Part shown: in pieces, positions 36,943 through 45,342 of the stretch | Numbering within the stretch: position 1 is the first letter of the stretch | Layout: each line of letters begins with the position of its first letter | From: a virus | Lineage: Duplodnaviria > Heunggongvirae > Uroviricota > Caudoviricetes | Virus record (IMG/VR): IMGVR_UViG_2795385714_000007 | DNA length: 64,000 nucleotides | Strand: one strand, 5' to 3' | The notes under the pieces: model-generated | The model's database searches: none | Told to the model about the DNA's origin: nothing | Seen by the model: the letters and a program-made list of their open reading frames with translations, nothing else | Program-made: the position numbers and the translations under genes

Positions 36943-37194
36943 ATGGCAAGAGTGATACTCACAGCGAAAGCGCGGATGCGCGCCAACAAGCGCCGCGTCA
37001 CGTCGGCACTCCGCAACGCAGGTATGCCGCTCCTCGTCGACAACCGCGACGGCATCTGGCGCCTCTACTTCATCGGCACCGACGACACCGGTGTCGAGCT
37101 GGAGCTGATCCTGGTCCCACACGCCACCCAGGACTGGACCTGGGTATGTATCCACGCCATGCCCACCAAGTACCGGAAAGGAGGGGCACAATGA
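36943..37194 (+). CDS. BrnT-like (RelE-fold, DUF497-like) toxin candidate
   Basis: 83 aa; RLYFIGTDDTGVELELILVPHATQDWTWVCIHAMPT resembles the BrnT core (R..IG...G.L.VV......IRIISAR); plus strand in a minus-strand genome. Confidence 0.45.
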   Translation: MARVILTAKARMRANKRRVTSALRNAGMPLLVDNRDGIWRLYFIGTDDTGVELELILVPHATQDWTWVCIHAMPTKYRKGGAQ

Positions 37195-37394
37195 CCCTCA
37201 TGAGCAGTCACAGCGAAGCCGACCTCAAGCGCCTCACCTTCGGCGATGACCTGGTCGTCGACGACATCGACCTCGACAAGGAAGAGTTCCTTGTCGGCGA
37301 CGGAGTCCGGCTGACCAACGAAGCGGCCGACAAGCTCGCAGCCGAAACCCTAGCCGAGGTCGAACGGCGAAACATCCAGGCAGAGAAAGGCTAG
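37191..37394 (+). CDS. small acidic antitoxin-like protein (BrnA/RHH-like C-terminus)
   Basis: 67 aa; ATGA overlap with toxin gene; GGAGG RBS; C-terminal GVRLTNEAADKLAAETL is consistent with a ribbon-helix-helix. Confidence 0.4.
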   Translation: MTLMSSHSEADLKRLTFGDDLVVDDIDLDKEEFLVGDGVRLTNEAADKLAAETLAEVERRNIQAEKG

Positions 37395-37398
37395 CCAG

Positions 37399-37560
37399 AT
37401 GGACGCGGTATACGTAGTAGATACAGGCAGCGAAGAGATCTACGTTATCGCTGACCACGAATGCGCCGCGGCCGAGAAAGCGGCGGCGATGGTCGGTCAC
37501 GAGGTCAACTACGCCGAGCACTATTCGGACGATCTAGACGATATGCCCGGGACGGACTAA
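37399..37560 (+). CDS. small acidic protein (53 aa)
   Basis: ATG 4 nt after previous stop; not in ORF track (<60 aa). Confidence 0.3.
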   Translation: MDAVYVVDTGSEEIYVIADHECAAAEKAAAMVGHEVNYAEHYSDDLDDMPGTD

Positions 37561-37994
37561 CCAGGGGTGCTTCGGACTGCCATCACTCGGCTGTACCAGC
37601 GTGCCTCTTCCTCGGGTGTGGTCGGCGCTGGCGGGTCGTTGTTCCGCATGTAGCGTTCCCACGCGGAACGGCGGCGGGTCTCGGCGTGGTGTTTCTCAGC
37701 GGCCTTGCGGGCGGCGCGTAGGTCGTTGCCGCAGTAGAGGTCCCGGGATGACGGAATAGCGTCCCAGTCGCGCGAGCCGGGCACGTATTCAGTGATCCAG
37801 CAGCGTTTAACGACCTCGGTGGTGGTGTTGGTTGACGGGTCCCAGAGGCGGTACTCCGTTGTCCGCGGCAACAGGGTGTACGTCCCGCCGATGTCGTCGC
37901 GGTGGTGGGCGACCCACAACCAGCGGACCTTGTGCCAACGATCCTCGATGCGTTTCCATGCCAGGGTCACGTCAACGAAGGCGATGCCGGTCAT
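37557..37994 (-). CDS. hypothetical protein
   Basis: 145-aa ORF; its stop converges on the plus-strand island. Confidence 0.45.
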   Translation of the reverse strand: MTGIAFVDVTLAWKRIEDRWHKVRWLWVAHHRDDIGGTYTLLPRTTEYRLWDPSTNTTTEVVKRCWITEYVPGSRDWDAIPSSRDLYCGNDLRAARKAAEKHHAETRRRSAWERYMRNNDPPAPTTPEEEARWYSRVMAVRSTPG

Positions 37995-38335
37995 GATGTT
38001 CCGCCATTCTGGGGTGCGGCGATTGCCGCTGCGGTCATGCTCTTGACCTCTGCCATGTACCGCTCAAACCGCAGGCGCTGGGCTTTCTCGTAGGGGCGTT
38101 CTACACGTTGGGTTGGCCAGTCGGGCTCCATAATGCGGCGTTGGGCCTCGTCCTCGGCGGCGTCCATCACGCCGGTGATCCACCTGCCGTCGTTGATCAG
38201 TGGCCGGGCGTCGGCGGGCAGCGTCTCCACTGTCTCGCGGCCGTTCGTGGAGGGTACGCATTTGTAGAAGCCACCCCAGTTGTCGAGCTGCCAGAAGATC
38301 TGGCCGGACGGGGTTGCCCATAGTTCCCAGATCAT
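37991..38335 (-). CDS. hypothetical protein
   Basis: Inner ATG MIWELWATPSG at ATGA overlap. Confidence 0.45.
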   Translation of the reverse strand: MIWELWATPSGQIFWQLDNWGGFYKCVPSTNGRETVETLPADARPLINDGRWITGVMDAAEDEAQRRIMEPDWPTQRVERPYEKAQRLRFERYMAEVKSMTAAAIAAPQNGGTS

Positions 38336-38757
38336 GCGCTGGTGCCTCCCTGTCGGCGGACGCGTTGGCGGGTGAGGTAGGCCAGGACGTCGGCGACGTT
38401 GTATTCCGGTTTGCCTTCCTGCCCGGTACGCTCGGTTATGCCGTCGCCCAGTCCCTTTCGTCGCCGGTACGCCCAGTTGCGGACCTGATGCTCGGTGAGT
38501 TGGACGATGTGGGCGAGGTGGATGACGAGGTCGGCGGCCGACAACCACGCCTCCTGGTCGATGGGGGCGACGGATGGCACCGACCAGTAGACGCCGAGGT
38601 CTTGCCAGTACCTGTCGCGTTCGATGAGGGCCTGCATGGGGTCGGTGATGCGTCCGGCGGCGACATCTTCAAGGAGCTGGCGATAGGACAGGGCGACGCG
38701 TTTCGCCTTGTCCTCGCGGCTGTCGCCGGTCCACTTCCAAACCTTCTGATCAGTCAT
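38332..38757 (-). CDS. hypothetical protein with possible MerR/Xis-like HTH
   Basis: 141 aa; HIVQLTEHQVRNWAYRRRKG. Confidence 0.45.
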   Translation of the reverse strand: MTDQKVWKWTGDSREDKAKRVALSYRQLLEDVAAGRITDPMQALIERDRYWQDLGVYWSVPSVAPIDQEAWLSAADLVIHLAHIVQLTEHQVRNWAYRRRKGLGDGITERTGQEGKPEYNVADVLAYLTRQRVRRQGGTSA

Positions 38758-38841
38758 AGTCGTGCCCTATCGCTGGGCTGCGGCACACGTTGGTATGTCC
38801 CGTCTCTGGATTCCATGGAAGCAGGTGCGGGGTACGCGGTT

Positions 38842-39162
38842 TCATGCCTCGCGGCTCCGTCCCCCGAAGGTCAACAGGATGCCAACCATGGCGAGCCAGT
38901 CGTGCGCGGTGTTGCCGCCGTTGATGCGGTTGAGCATTTCGTCAGCCAGCATCAGCGACACGCGGCGCCGGGCTGGGTACGTGATCCAGCGTTCGGGCGG
39001 GAACTGCGGAACCTCGGTGACGGTGTCGGGGCATACCAGCGCGGTGTCGACGGTGTACTTGGTTGGCGCGGACAGCATGTCCAGCCAGTCGGAGAAGTCC
39101 GGCATAGCGGGGATGCTGGCGGCGACTGCCTCGGCGTACCGGCGGTAGACCCGTGTCTCCAT
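38842..39162 (-). CDS. hypothetical protein
   Basis: ATG METRVYRRY with GGAGG RBS (alternative GTG at 39195). Confidence 0.45.
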   Translation of the reverse strand: METRVYRRYAEAVAASIPAMPDFSDWLDMLSAPTKYTVDTALVCPDTVTEVPQFPPERWITYPARRRVSLMLADEMLNRINGGNTAHDWLAMVGILLTFGGRSREA

Positions 39163-39191
39163 AACGTGCAGGTCCTCCACCGCGGCGCCGG

Positions 39192-39548
39192 TCACGTGGT
39201 CTGCCCCGCGCTGACGACCTTGTGCCGGGTGATGCTGCGGTAGTCCCACGACCCCGGCTCCAGCCCTGAATACCACGCCTGGGCGGTGCTCTCGTCGCCG
39301 AACACCACTTGCAGCCGGGAGCCTCCCTGGAGGGCGGGGCCGTCGCCCTGGTACCCCAGCCAGACCTCCTGCGTGGTGCCCTGGTTAGCGGCGAACCGGA
39401 GGAAGGCGGTGTAGCAGGCGGCGCACCACCAGTACTTCTCACCCTTGGCGCCTGCGTGGGCGCCGCGCTCATAGTCCCGGGAGCTGGTGGACTCGGACCC
39501 GCACCGGTCGCATTTGTAGATCGTGCTGACGACCGTCTGCACGCCCAT
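39192..39548 (-). CDS. hypothetical zinc-ribbon protein
   Basis: CDRCGSES...CAACY. Confidence 0.45.
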   Translation of the reverse strand: MGVQTVVSTIYKCDRCGSESTSSRDYERGAHAGAKGEKYWWCAACYTAFLRFAANQGTTQEVWLGYQGDGPALQGGSRLQVVFGDESTAQAWYSGLEPGSWDYRSITRHKVVSAGQTT

Positions 39549-40597
39549 CAGTTACCGCCCGCCGGGGTGGTCTGCCGCTGCTCGGGTGTCTGGTGCGGTA
39601 CCAGCCCGTCGTTGAGTATCGCGGTCACCTTGTCGACGACCAGTCGTCCGGCGCCCGCCTCGTCCAGCAGCGGCTCGTCGGCGACACGCTGGACCATGTC
39701 GTTGATGCCGTCGAGGCGCCAGTATGCCTCGGCTAGTAGGTGTTTGAGTTGGTCGAGTAGTTGCATGTTTTTCTCCCGTTCTTCGAGTTCGCGCATGAGG
39801 TCGATGACGCCGCGCTGGAGCCAGGGGTATTCCCGTTCGCCATATGTTCGGCCGCAGGTGGTGCAGTCGTATTGGGAGGTGCCGTCCCAGCGGCCGACGG
39901 TGTAGGCGCCGCACTGCTGGCCGTCCCGTTTGACTGCGGGGCAGGGCATGGCGGAGTGGTGGCGTAGTCGGGGTAGTCCGAGGGCCTGGTAGACGTTGCG
40001 GGACAGCTCGATTAGTTGGAGGGCGATGTCGACGCCGTCGCGGTCTACGAGGTGGCGGGGTTGTCCGTGCTGGGGATGCCAGCCCTCGTCGCCGTCGGGT
40101 ACTCGGCCCCAGACGAGCATGGGTTGGGCGGGTTGAGCCAGGAGTACGTCCAGGTTTTCGCCGACGACGGCGACGGAACGGGCGACTACCTGACGTTGGT
40201 GGACGGTGAAGCCCTGGCGGCCGTGGCGCTGCCTGCCGGTCAGGTTCATCGCGTGTTCAACCATTTCCGCTGCGCGGTCGGCGGTCTCGACGATGTCGCG
40301 TTGGAGAGCGTCGCGTTGGGTGTTGAGGTTGATGGCTGCGGTAGAGGTCATGGTGACGCGTGCTCGGTCGACGTACACGCGTTCGCCGATGCCTTCGTGG
40401 AGCCGGTCCCAGTCCCGGGGTAGGCCGTTGACGGCGTACCGCAGGCGGGTTAGGCAGCCGCCGCAGATCACACCGTCGGCAATGAGTTGGCCGGAGGGTG
40501 CGTCATCTTCGTCGACGACGGTTGACCAGTCGTGGTTTACGCATCGGTGTCCGAACGCGCAGCGGTGCGGATCACGTTGCGTCACAGGGTTACTCAT
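39548..40597 (-). CDS. hypothetical protein with multiple zinc-finger motifs (350 aa)
   Basis: Inner ATG MSNPVTQRD; several CxxC/HxxC clusters. Confidence 0.45.
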   Translation of the reverse strand: MSNPVTQRDPHRCAFGHRCVNHDWSTVVDEDDAPSGQLIADGVICGGCLTRLRYAVNGLPRDWDRLHEGIGERVYVDRARVTMTSTAAINLNTQRDALQRDIVETADRAAEMVEHAMNLTGRQRHGRQGFTVHQRQVVARSVAVVGENLDVLLAQPAQPMLVWGRVPDGDEGWHPQHGQPRHLVDRDGVDIALQLIELSRNVYQALGLPRLRHHSAMPCPAVKRDGQQCGAYTVGRWDGTSQYDCTTCGRTYGEREYPWLQRGVIDLMRELEEREKNMQLLDQLKHLLAEAYWRLDGINDMVQRVADEPLLDEAGAGRLVVDKVTAILNDGLVPHQTPEQRQTTPAGGN

Positions 40598-40599
40598 GC

Positions 40600-41052
40600 T
40601 CACTGCGCCTCGCCCTGTTCCCATGAGTTGCGGCATGTGATGCAGGTGCGGAGGACGTACCTGCGGTGCGGGAACTCGGCGGTTAGCGGGCTGTCCCACC
40701 ACGTCTCGTACTCGGGTATCTCGACCTGGTGTGCTGCCTGGGTGTCGCATTGGGGGCAGGTGTCGAAGGCGTGGAATTGCAGGTCGATTCGGTATGGGTG
40801 GGTCTTGCGTGCGAACCAGTGGCCGTCGTTGTCGCGGGCTTTCGGCGGCCATACGGCGATCTCCACTATGGTGCCGGTGACGTTGAAGGGCAGGTCCAGG
40901 ATGTCGCCGGGGTGCAGGGTGTCGGTCAGCCTGGCGCGAACGAAATCGTCGTGTGCGAGATTCAGGCGGAAGGGTACTGGCCACTTCTTACCGTTGCGGT
41001 GCAACGCAACTGGGGTTGTCGGATCGTCCAGGCGAACGGTCTGATAGGTCAC
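40600..41052 (-). CDS. hypothetical protein
   Basis: GTG start with GGAGG RBS at GTGA overlap. Confidence 0.4.
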   Translation of the reverse strand: MTYQTVRLDDPTTPVALHRNGKKWPVPFRLNLAHDDFVRARLTDTLHPGDILDLPFNVTGTIVEIAVWPPKARDNDGHWFARKTHPYRIDLQFHAFDTCPQCDTQAAHQVEIPEYETWWDSPLTAEFPHRRYVLRTCITCRNSWEQGEAQ

Positions 41053-41660
41053 TGCTGCCTCCAAGTCTGTCCACACTCCGTGCACTCCCGGGTGACAGAG
41101 CCGGTGTCCTGTGTGCATGGCTGGATGTAGTGGGTGTTGATGAATCCGCAACGGGGGCAGGCGCATTGTGCGGCGAACTCAGATATTCGGTAGGTGTCGG
41201 GTCGTGTCGGTTTGGCTATCTCGGGTGCGCCTAGGACCTTGTAGCCCTGGCCGAGCCAGAGGTATGCGACCTCGCTAGTGCGGTCCCACCACCACTTGCC
41301 GATGTGGTCGGTGGCCGCGTTGACCATGCTGGGCAACTCGTCGTAGGAGTCGACCTCGCCGAACATGTACAGCGGCTGGCCTGGACCGGAGCGGGCAAGT
41401 AGTGCACGCCGTAGCGGGTTCGGTTCGACTCCGACCCAGCGCTCACCACCGACGTTCACGTTGCCGACGATGGTGTGGGCGGCGATGCTACCGCGGCTGG
41501 CCTGCACCGTGATGGTCCCGCCAGCCTGGATAGCGACGGAATTGTCGCCGGAGATCTGGATCTGGTTGCCGCGTCGGCGATGCCCGAGCGTCAACAGGTA
41601 CGCGGTGAATCCGCCACTAGCCGCAAGAAATAGCGCCAGGGCCTCAAGAATCACGCTCAC
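41049..41660 (-). CDS. membrane-anchored protein with C-terminal zinc ribbon
   Basis: N-terminal TM helix; CACPRCG...CTECGQ. Confidence 0.5.
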   Translation of the reverse strand: MSVILEALALFLAASGGFTAYLLTLGHRRRGNQIQISGDNSVAIQAGGTITVQASRGSIAAHTIVGNVNVGGERWVGVEPNPLRRALLARSGPGQPLYMFGEVDSYDELPSMVNAATDHIGKWWWDRTSEVAYLWLGQGYKVLGAPEIAKPTRPDTYRISEFAAQCACPRCGFINTHYIQPCTQDTGSVTRECTECGQTWRQQ

Positions 41661-41974
41661 GACTCCAACCCCCGCGGCCGGTTGTTGATGCGTGCTAGCT
41701 CCATGCCCTGTCGCTCCAGTTCCTCCCGCTCAGCCGCGCGTAGGTACGCACTCTGCAACTGGAGGATGACGTGCCGTATGGCGTCTTGCTGGGTGTCGAC
41801 GCAGGCGATGGGGTGTTGCTCCCAGGGCCGCCATATGCACCATTGCGGCGATGCGGTCAGGACGTCGTCGGGCAGTGCGGACCAGTCCCGGCGCTGCCAG
41901 GGTGTCTGTTCGCCGTTCTGCGCTTTGCGTATGCGCCAACGCTTTAGCTGCTCCGGGGTCCACTCACGGTGCAT
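41657..41974 (-). CDS. hypothetical protein
   Basis: Inner ATG MHREWTPEQL with GGAGG RBS. Confidence 0.45.
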   Translation of the reverse strand: MHREWTPEQLKRWRIRKAQNGEQTPWQRRDWSALPDDVLTASPQWCIWRPWEQHPIACVDTQQDAIRHVILQLQSAYLRAAEREELERQGMELARINNRPRGLES

Positions 41975-42389
41975 TGAAAACCTCCTCGTATTTGCGTACA
42001 TCGCGGACGATGTGCGATGGCTTGACGACCGGTGCCTGGCACGTAGAGCACATGGGTATGACGCCAGCACGGGTAGCGGCGACGGTGCGTTCGCGTACCT
42101 CCCACATGGCCGCCATCCACAGCGCCCGTGCGCAATTCGTGCACAACAGGAACACCTCGTTGCCGAACTCGTCGGCCTCCTCGCCGTCGCAGTTGTCCAG
42201 GACATGCACCGAGACGACCGCGGTGACCGGCCGCCTGCACGTGCGTTGCGGGTGCTGGCAGGTGGGGCGACGACCGACAAACTGGTCGTTGAGCCCGACC
42301 AGCTGGGTATCTACTAGGGCTGCGATCTGCTGTTCGGTGAGGCGGTCTCCGGTCATCACAGGCAGCCCCCGGCGTGCACGGTCCAGCAT
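41964..42389 (-). CDS. hypothetical zinc-finger protein
   Basis: 141 aa; CTNCARALW...CSTCQ. Confidence 0.45.
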   Translation of the reverse strand: MLDRARRGLPVMTGDRLTEQQIAALVDTQLVGLNDQFVGRRPTCQHPQRTCRRPVTAVVSVHVLDNCDGEEADEFGNEVFLLCTNCARALWMAAMWEVRERTVAATRAGVIPMCSTCQAPVVKPSHIVRDVRKYEEVFNAP

Positions 42390-42402
42390 GTCGCGCTGGC
42401 GG

Positions 42403-43347
42403 TCATCCTGCTGCCCTCTGCGCGTCGGTGGGGTGTGGGACGAGCTGTAGGGGTTTACGGCACGTGCAGGGCAGGACGCCGGAACCGTCGTCGGCCTCGA
42501 TCCAGCCGCCGCCCTGACAGCGGGTGCACGCCTCGCGTCGGGCCAGGGCTGCTGCCCGGTCTGACTTCTGACGTTCAGCTGCCTCCTGGGCGGCTGCCTC
42601 GGATGCCAGTCGGGCTGTCATGCAGTCGCGGCAGTTTGGGGGGTGTGGGTCGTTGATGTGCTTAGGGCAGCGGGTGGGCGCCTCCCCAACGTAACCACCT
42701 ACCCAAGGTGACCCCTTCCCCCTCCCCTTCCCCTTCCCCCTAGTGATCCCGATGCCATCGGAATGGCATTCCAATGGCACATCGGTTTGCGATGGGTTTT
42801 CGATGCCATTGGGGTCGGTTTCAGATGGCATCGAAATGCCGTCGAGGTCACTGTCTGGGGACGTTGGGTCGTCGTCCGGCCTAGGGTCTGTCGGGGTGCC
42901 GTCTGGGCCGGGGCCAGACGGGTCGATCTGGTTGGCGACCGTCACCGCATCGGCACGGCGGGTGCGCCGCAACTCGGCCGCCAGTACCGCACGCAGGCTA
43001 GGTGATTCGACGGCCTGGGCGCATTTCAGAGCGTTAGCGAACAGGTACTTGTGCTTAAGCACGCCGTCGTTGCGAATATACGAGCGGACCAGCAGTTCCT
43101 CGGTGTCCTCGTCGTAGGCCACATAGAGGTGCTCGGCGAGTTCGTTTGTAGCGCGGCGTACATCGGCGACGCTGGTCTGCTCGCAGCCCTTCGCCCACTT
43201 GCTTAGTTGCAGCGGCAGGACACCGGCATTGTTCACATTCGGCTGCGACAACAGAAGCATGTACATGCGCTGTGCCTCCACGGAACGCTGCTGAAAGTCT
43301 TTGTCCCGCCAAATGATTGTAAGAATCCGACCATGGTCGCGCGGCAC
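42403..43347 (-). CDS. replication initiator-like DNA-binding protein (ori embedded in coding sequence)
   Basis: GTG start with GAAGGAGA RBS; N-terminal winged-helix-like region, low-complexity linker that encodes the iteron array, C-terminal Cys clusters. Confidence 0.45.
   Translation of the reverse strand: MPRDHGRILTIIWRDKDFQQRSVEAQRMYMLLLSQPNVNNAGVLPLQLSKWAKGCEQTSVADVRRATNELAEHLYVAYDEDTEELLVRSYIRNDGVLKHKYLFANALKCAQAVESPSLRAVLAAELRRTRRADAVTVANQIDPSGPGPDGTPTDPRPDDDPTSPDSDLDGISMPSETDPNGIENPSQTDVPLECHSDGIGITRGKGKGRGKGSPWVGGYVGEAPTRCPKHINDPHPPNCRDCMTARLASEAAAQEAAERQKSDRAAALARREACTRCQGGGWIEADDGSGVLPCTCRKPLQLVPHPTDAQRAAG
42712..42845. repeat. iteron array with 11-bp phasing plus polypyrimidine tract: candidate origin of replication
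   Basis: cccttccccctccccttccccttccccc, then alternating ATGCCAT/ATGGCAT heptamers at 42752, 42763, 42774, 42802, 42824, 42835 (spacings 11, 11, 28, 22, 11). Confidence 0.55.
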
Positions 43348-43349
43348 AG

Positions 43350-43733
43350 CTATATCTCCTTCTCGTTGGCTAGTTCTAGTAGGACGTCCGCGTGGCAGGG
43401 GGCGTCGAGTCGGCACCAGCAGCAAAGGTCGTGGCCTCGGAGAAGGGGCACCAGATCCTCCACGCGCTTCATGGAGCTGAGGAGCCAGCGGCGGTACAGG
43501 CGCACTGCGTAGACTGCTGCCCACTCGTGTGTCCCGGTGCCCTGGAAGAACTTTCCGGGTCCTTCGACGGTCCAGACACGTTCGCGACGGCGGCTGAAAA
43601 GGCCGGGCTCCGTCCCGGTGCACACGACCTTGAACGGGTTGCCCCATCGCGATGGCCGGGCAACTACTATCGCCCCTTCCGGTTTCCGCCACCCTGCGCT
43701 ACGCCGCAACTGAATACGTTGGGGCATGCTCAC
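43350..43733 (-). CDS. DUF4326 family protein
   Basis: PSRWGNPF signature. Confidence 0.65.
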   Translation of the reverse strand: MSMPQRIQLRRSAGWRKPEGAIVVARPSRWGNPFKVVCTGTEPGLFSRRRERVWTVEGPGKFFQGTGTHEWAAVYAVRLYRRWLLSSMKRVEDLVPLLRGHDLCCWCRLDAPCHADVLLELANEKEI

Positions 43734-43740
43734 CAGCCGG

Positions 43741-44163
43741 TCACTGGGTCACGGCCCATTCCACGGGGTGGACGGTCCAGCTGAAACCTGGCAGCTCCTT
43801 GCCGCTGTCTACCTCCAGTGGCGCGTCACTGGGGGGTTGAATCACTAACCAGGTCAACCGCTTCCCGGTGGCCGAGTAGTAGCGGCGGGCCAGGCGACCG
43901 TCCGTGTGGACGGCCACGCTGCCCTCGGCGTAGCCCAGGCGCTTGACGTTGAGGGCGCGGAGCAACCCGACCACTAGCTGTTTGGCGATGTTGTAATCCA
44001 GCTTCTGCGGGAAGCTGGGTATCTCCCTCTGTAGCCAAACGATCATGGCAGCCAGCTCGGTGTCGCTAACGGTCACACGGCCGTCCAGATATTCAAGTGG
44101 AGCCTCCGGCGAGGCTGGGGTCTGCGCCGGTGTGTCGTTGTCCAGTGTCGCGTTGAGGTTCAC
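43741..44163 (-). CDS. hypothetical protein
   Basis: 140-aa ORF. Confidence 0.45.
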   Translation of the reverse strand: MNLNATLDNDTPAQTPASPEAPLEYLDGRVTVSDTELAAMIVWLQREIPSFPQKLDYNIAKQLVVGLLRALNVKRLGYAEGSVAVHTDGRLARRYYSATGKRLTWLVIQPPSDAPLEVDSGKELPGFSWTVHPVEWAVTQ

Positions 44164-44516
44164 GCTGTCTCCTTGTTGTGGGTTGCGTTGCCGGACATGG
44201 GCGCCCAGCTGAGCAGCCCGTTGTGGTTGCTGCGGTAGTTGTCGACGGCCGCCTGTGCCTTATCTCGGCTGTAGTCCATGGACATCCACCACTCGACGTC
44301 GTGCCAGACGTCCCGTAGCGCCCTCATCTGCTCGGACTCCCACGCGGTCAACGCCTCGTTAATGCGGGCGATGAGTGCGCGGGTGTCCCGTGCGGCGCGA
44401 GTTCCCGGAAAGGACGAGTCCAGGGCGTCGGCCATGTCGTTGAGGGTGGACATGTGGCACATGACTTCGTCTAGGGCGTCCGAGTACAGGTAGTTGAAGC
44501 TGCCGCCGCTCACCAC
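44160..44516 (-). CDS. hypothetical protein
   Basis: 118-aa ORF. Confidence 0.45.
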   Translation of the reverse strand: MVSGGSFNYLYSDALDEVMCHMSTLNDMADALDSSFPGTRAARDTRALIARINEALTAWESEQMRALRDVWHDVEWWMSMDYSRDKAQAAVDNYRSNHNGLLSWAPMSGNATHNKETA

Positions 44517-45145
44517 TCGGCTCCCAGCTGCTCTATGCCGTCAGCCAGCACGTCGATGTTCACGGGCGCCATCTGCCATGCGTCTACGCCCACGTGGAGC
44601 TGCCGTTGGTGCACATGTGGGAGGAAGCTGGCGCGGGAATGGGTGTGCCCGTGTAGAAGCCACTCGCCCTCGTCGCGGAGCCGGTACTGGTTGTAGCGCT
44701 GCTCCGTGGTGTGGTCGCCGCGGTAGGGCAGGTGCGACAGCAACGCGGTGTGTCCGCCCACGCGGCGACGGGCGAACGGCTGCACCGACTGGAACACCTC
44801 CAGGTAGTGCGCCTGCCACTTGTGGGCGTCCCGATACATGGGGTGGACGCGGTCGTGGTTCCCGGAAACCAGGTGCTTCTCGCCGGGCCTTTGCTCGATC
44901 CATTTCAGCGCGTTCCTTTGTGCTCCAGATGATCCGGCGCTGAGGTCGCCCAGCACCCACACCTGGTCGTGCGGCTGAACGACTGCGTCCCAATTCTCGG
45001 CGAGGGTCCGGTCGTGCCACCGGATGCAGTGCTCACTACGTTCTGTAGGGGCCAGCGGGACCGCGATGTTGGCGCGGTTGGCGCGTTCCTCCGCGACCAG
45101 GGCATGCCCGATGTGTAGGTCGGAGGTGAACCAGACGGTCGTCAT
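44510..45145 (-). CDS. metallophosphoesterase (calcineurin-like Ser/Thr phosphatase fold)
   Basis: FTSDLHIGH, GDL, GNHD motifs; inner ATG at ATGA overlap. Confidence 0.7.
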   Translation of the reverse strand: MTTVWFTSDLHIGHALVAEERANRANIAVPLAPTERSEHCIRWHDRTLAENWDAVVQPHDQVWVLGDLSAGSSGAQRNALKWIEQRPGEKHLVSGNHDRVHPMYRDAHKWQAHYLEVFQSVQPFARRRVGGHTALLSHLPYRGDHTTEQRYNQYRLRDEGEWLLHGHTHSRASFLPHVHQRQLHVGVDAWQMAPVNIDVLADGIEQLGAEW

Positions 45146-45342
45146 CAGAAGCACTCCCCTGCGTGGATTGTGTGGCAGTCCGGGCACTTTCGCTCCTGCC
45201 GCCCGGGCTGTGCCGGATCGACCGCGTCAGGGCATTGGTCATGGACGATGTGATCGTGCATGTAGGTCGCCAAGTCACCCGGCTCGATCTGCTCACCGCA
45301 GTTACGGCACTGCCCGCGGTATTTAGCCTGAAACGCCATCAC
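45145..45342 (-). CDS. small zinc-ribbon protein
   Basis: CRNCGEQ...CPDCH. Confidence 0.45.
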   Translation of the reverse strand: MMAFQAKYRGQCRNCGEQIEPGDLATYMHDHIVHDQCPDAVDPAQPGRQERKCPDCHTIHAGECF

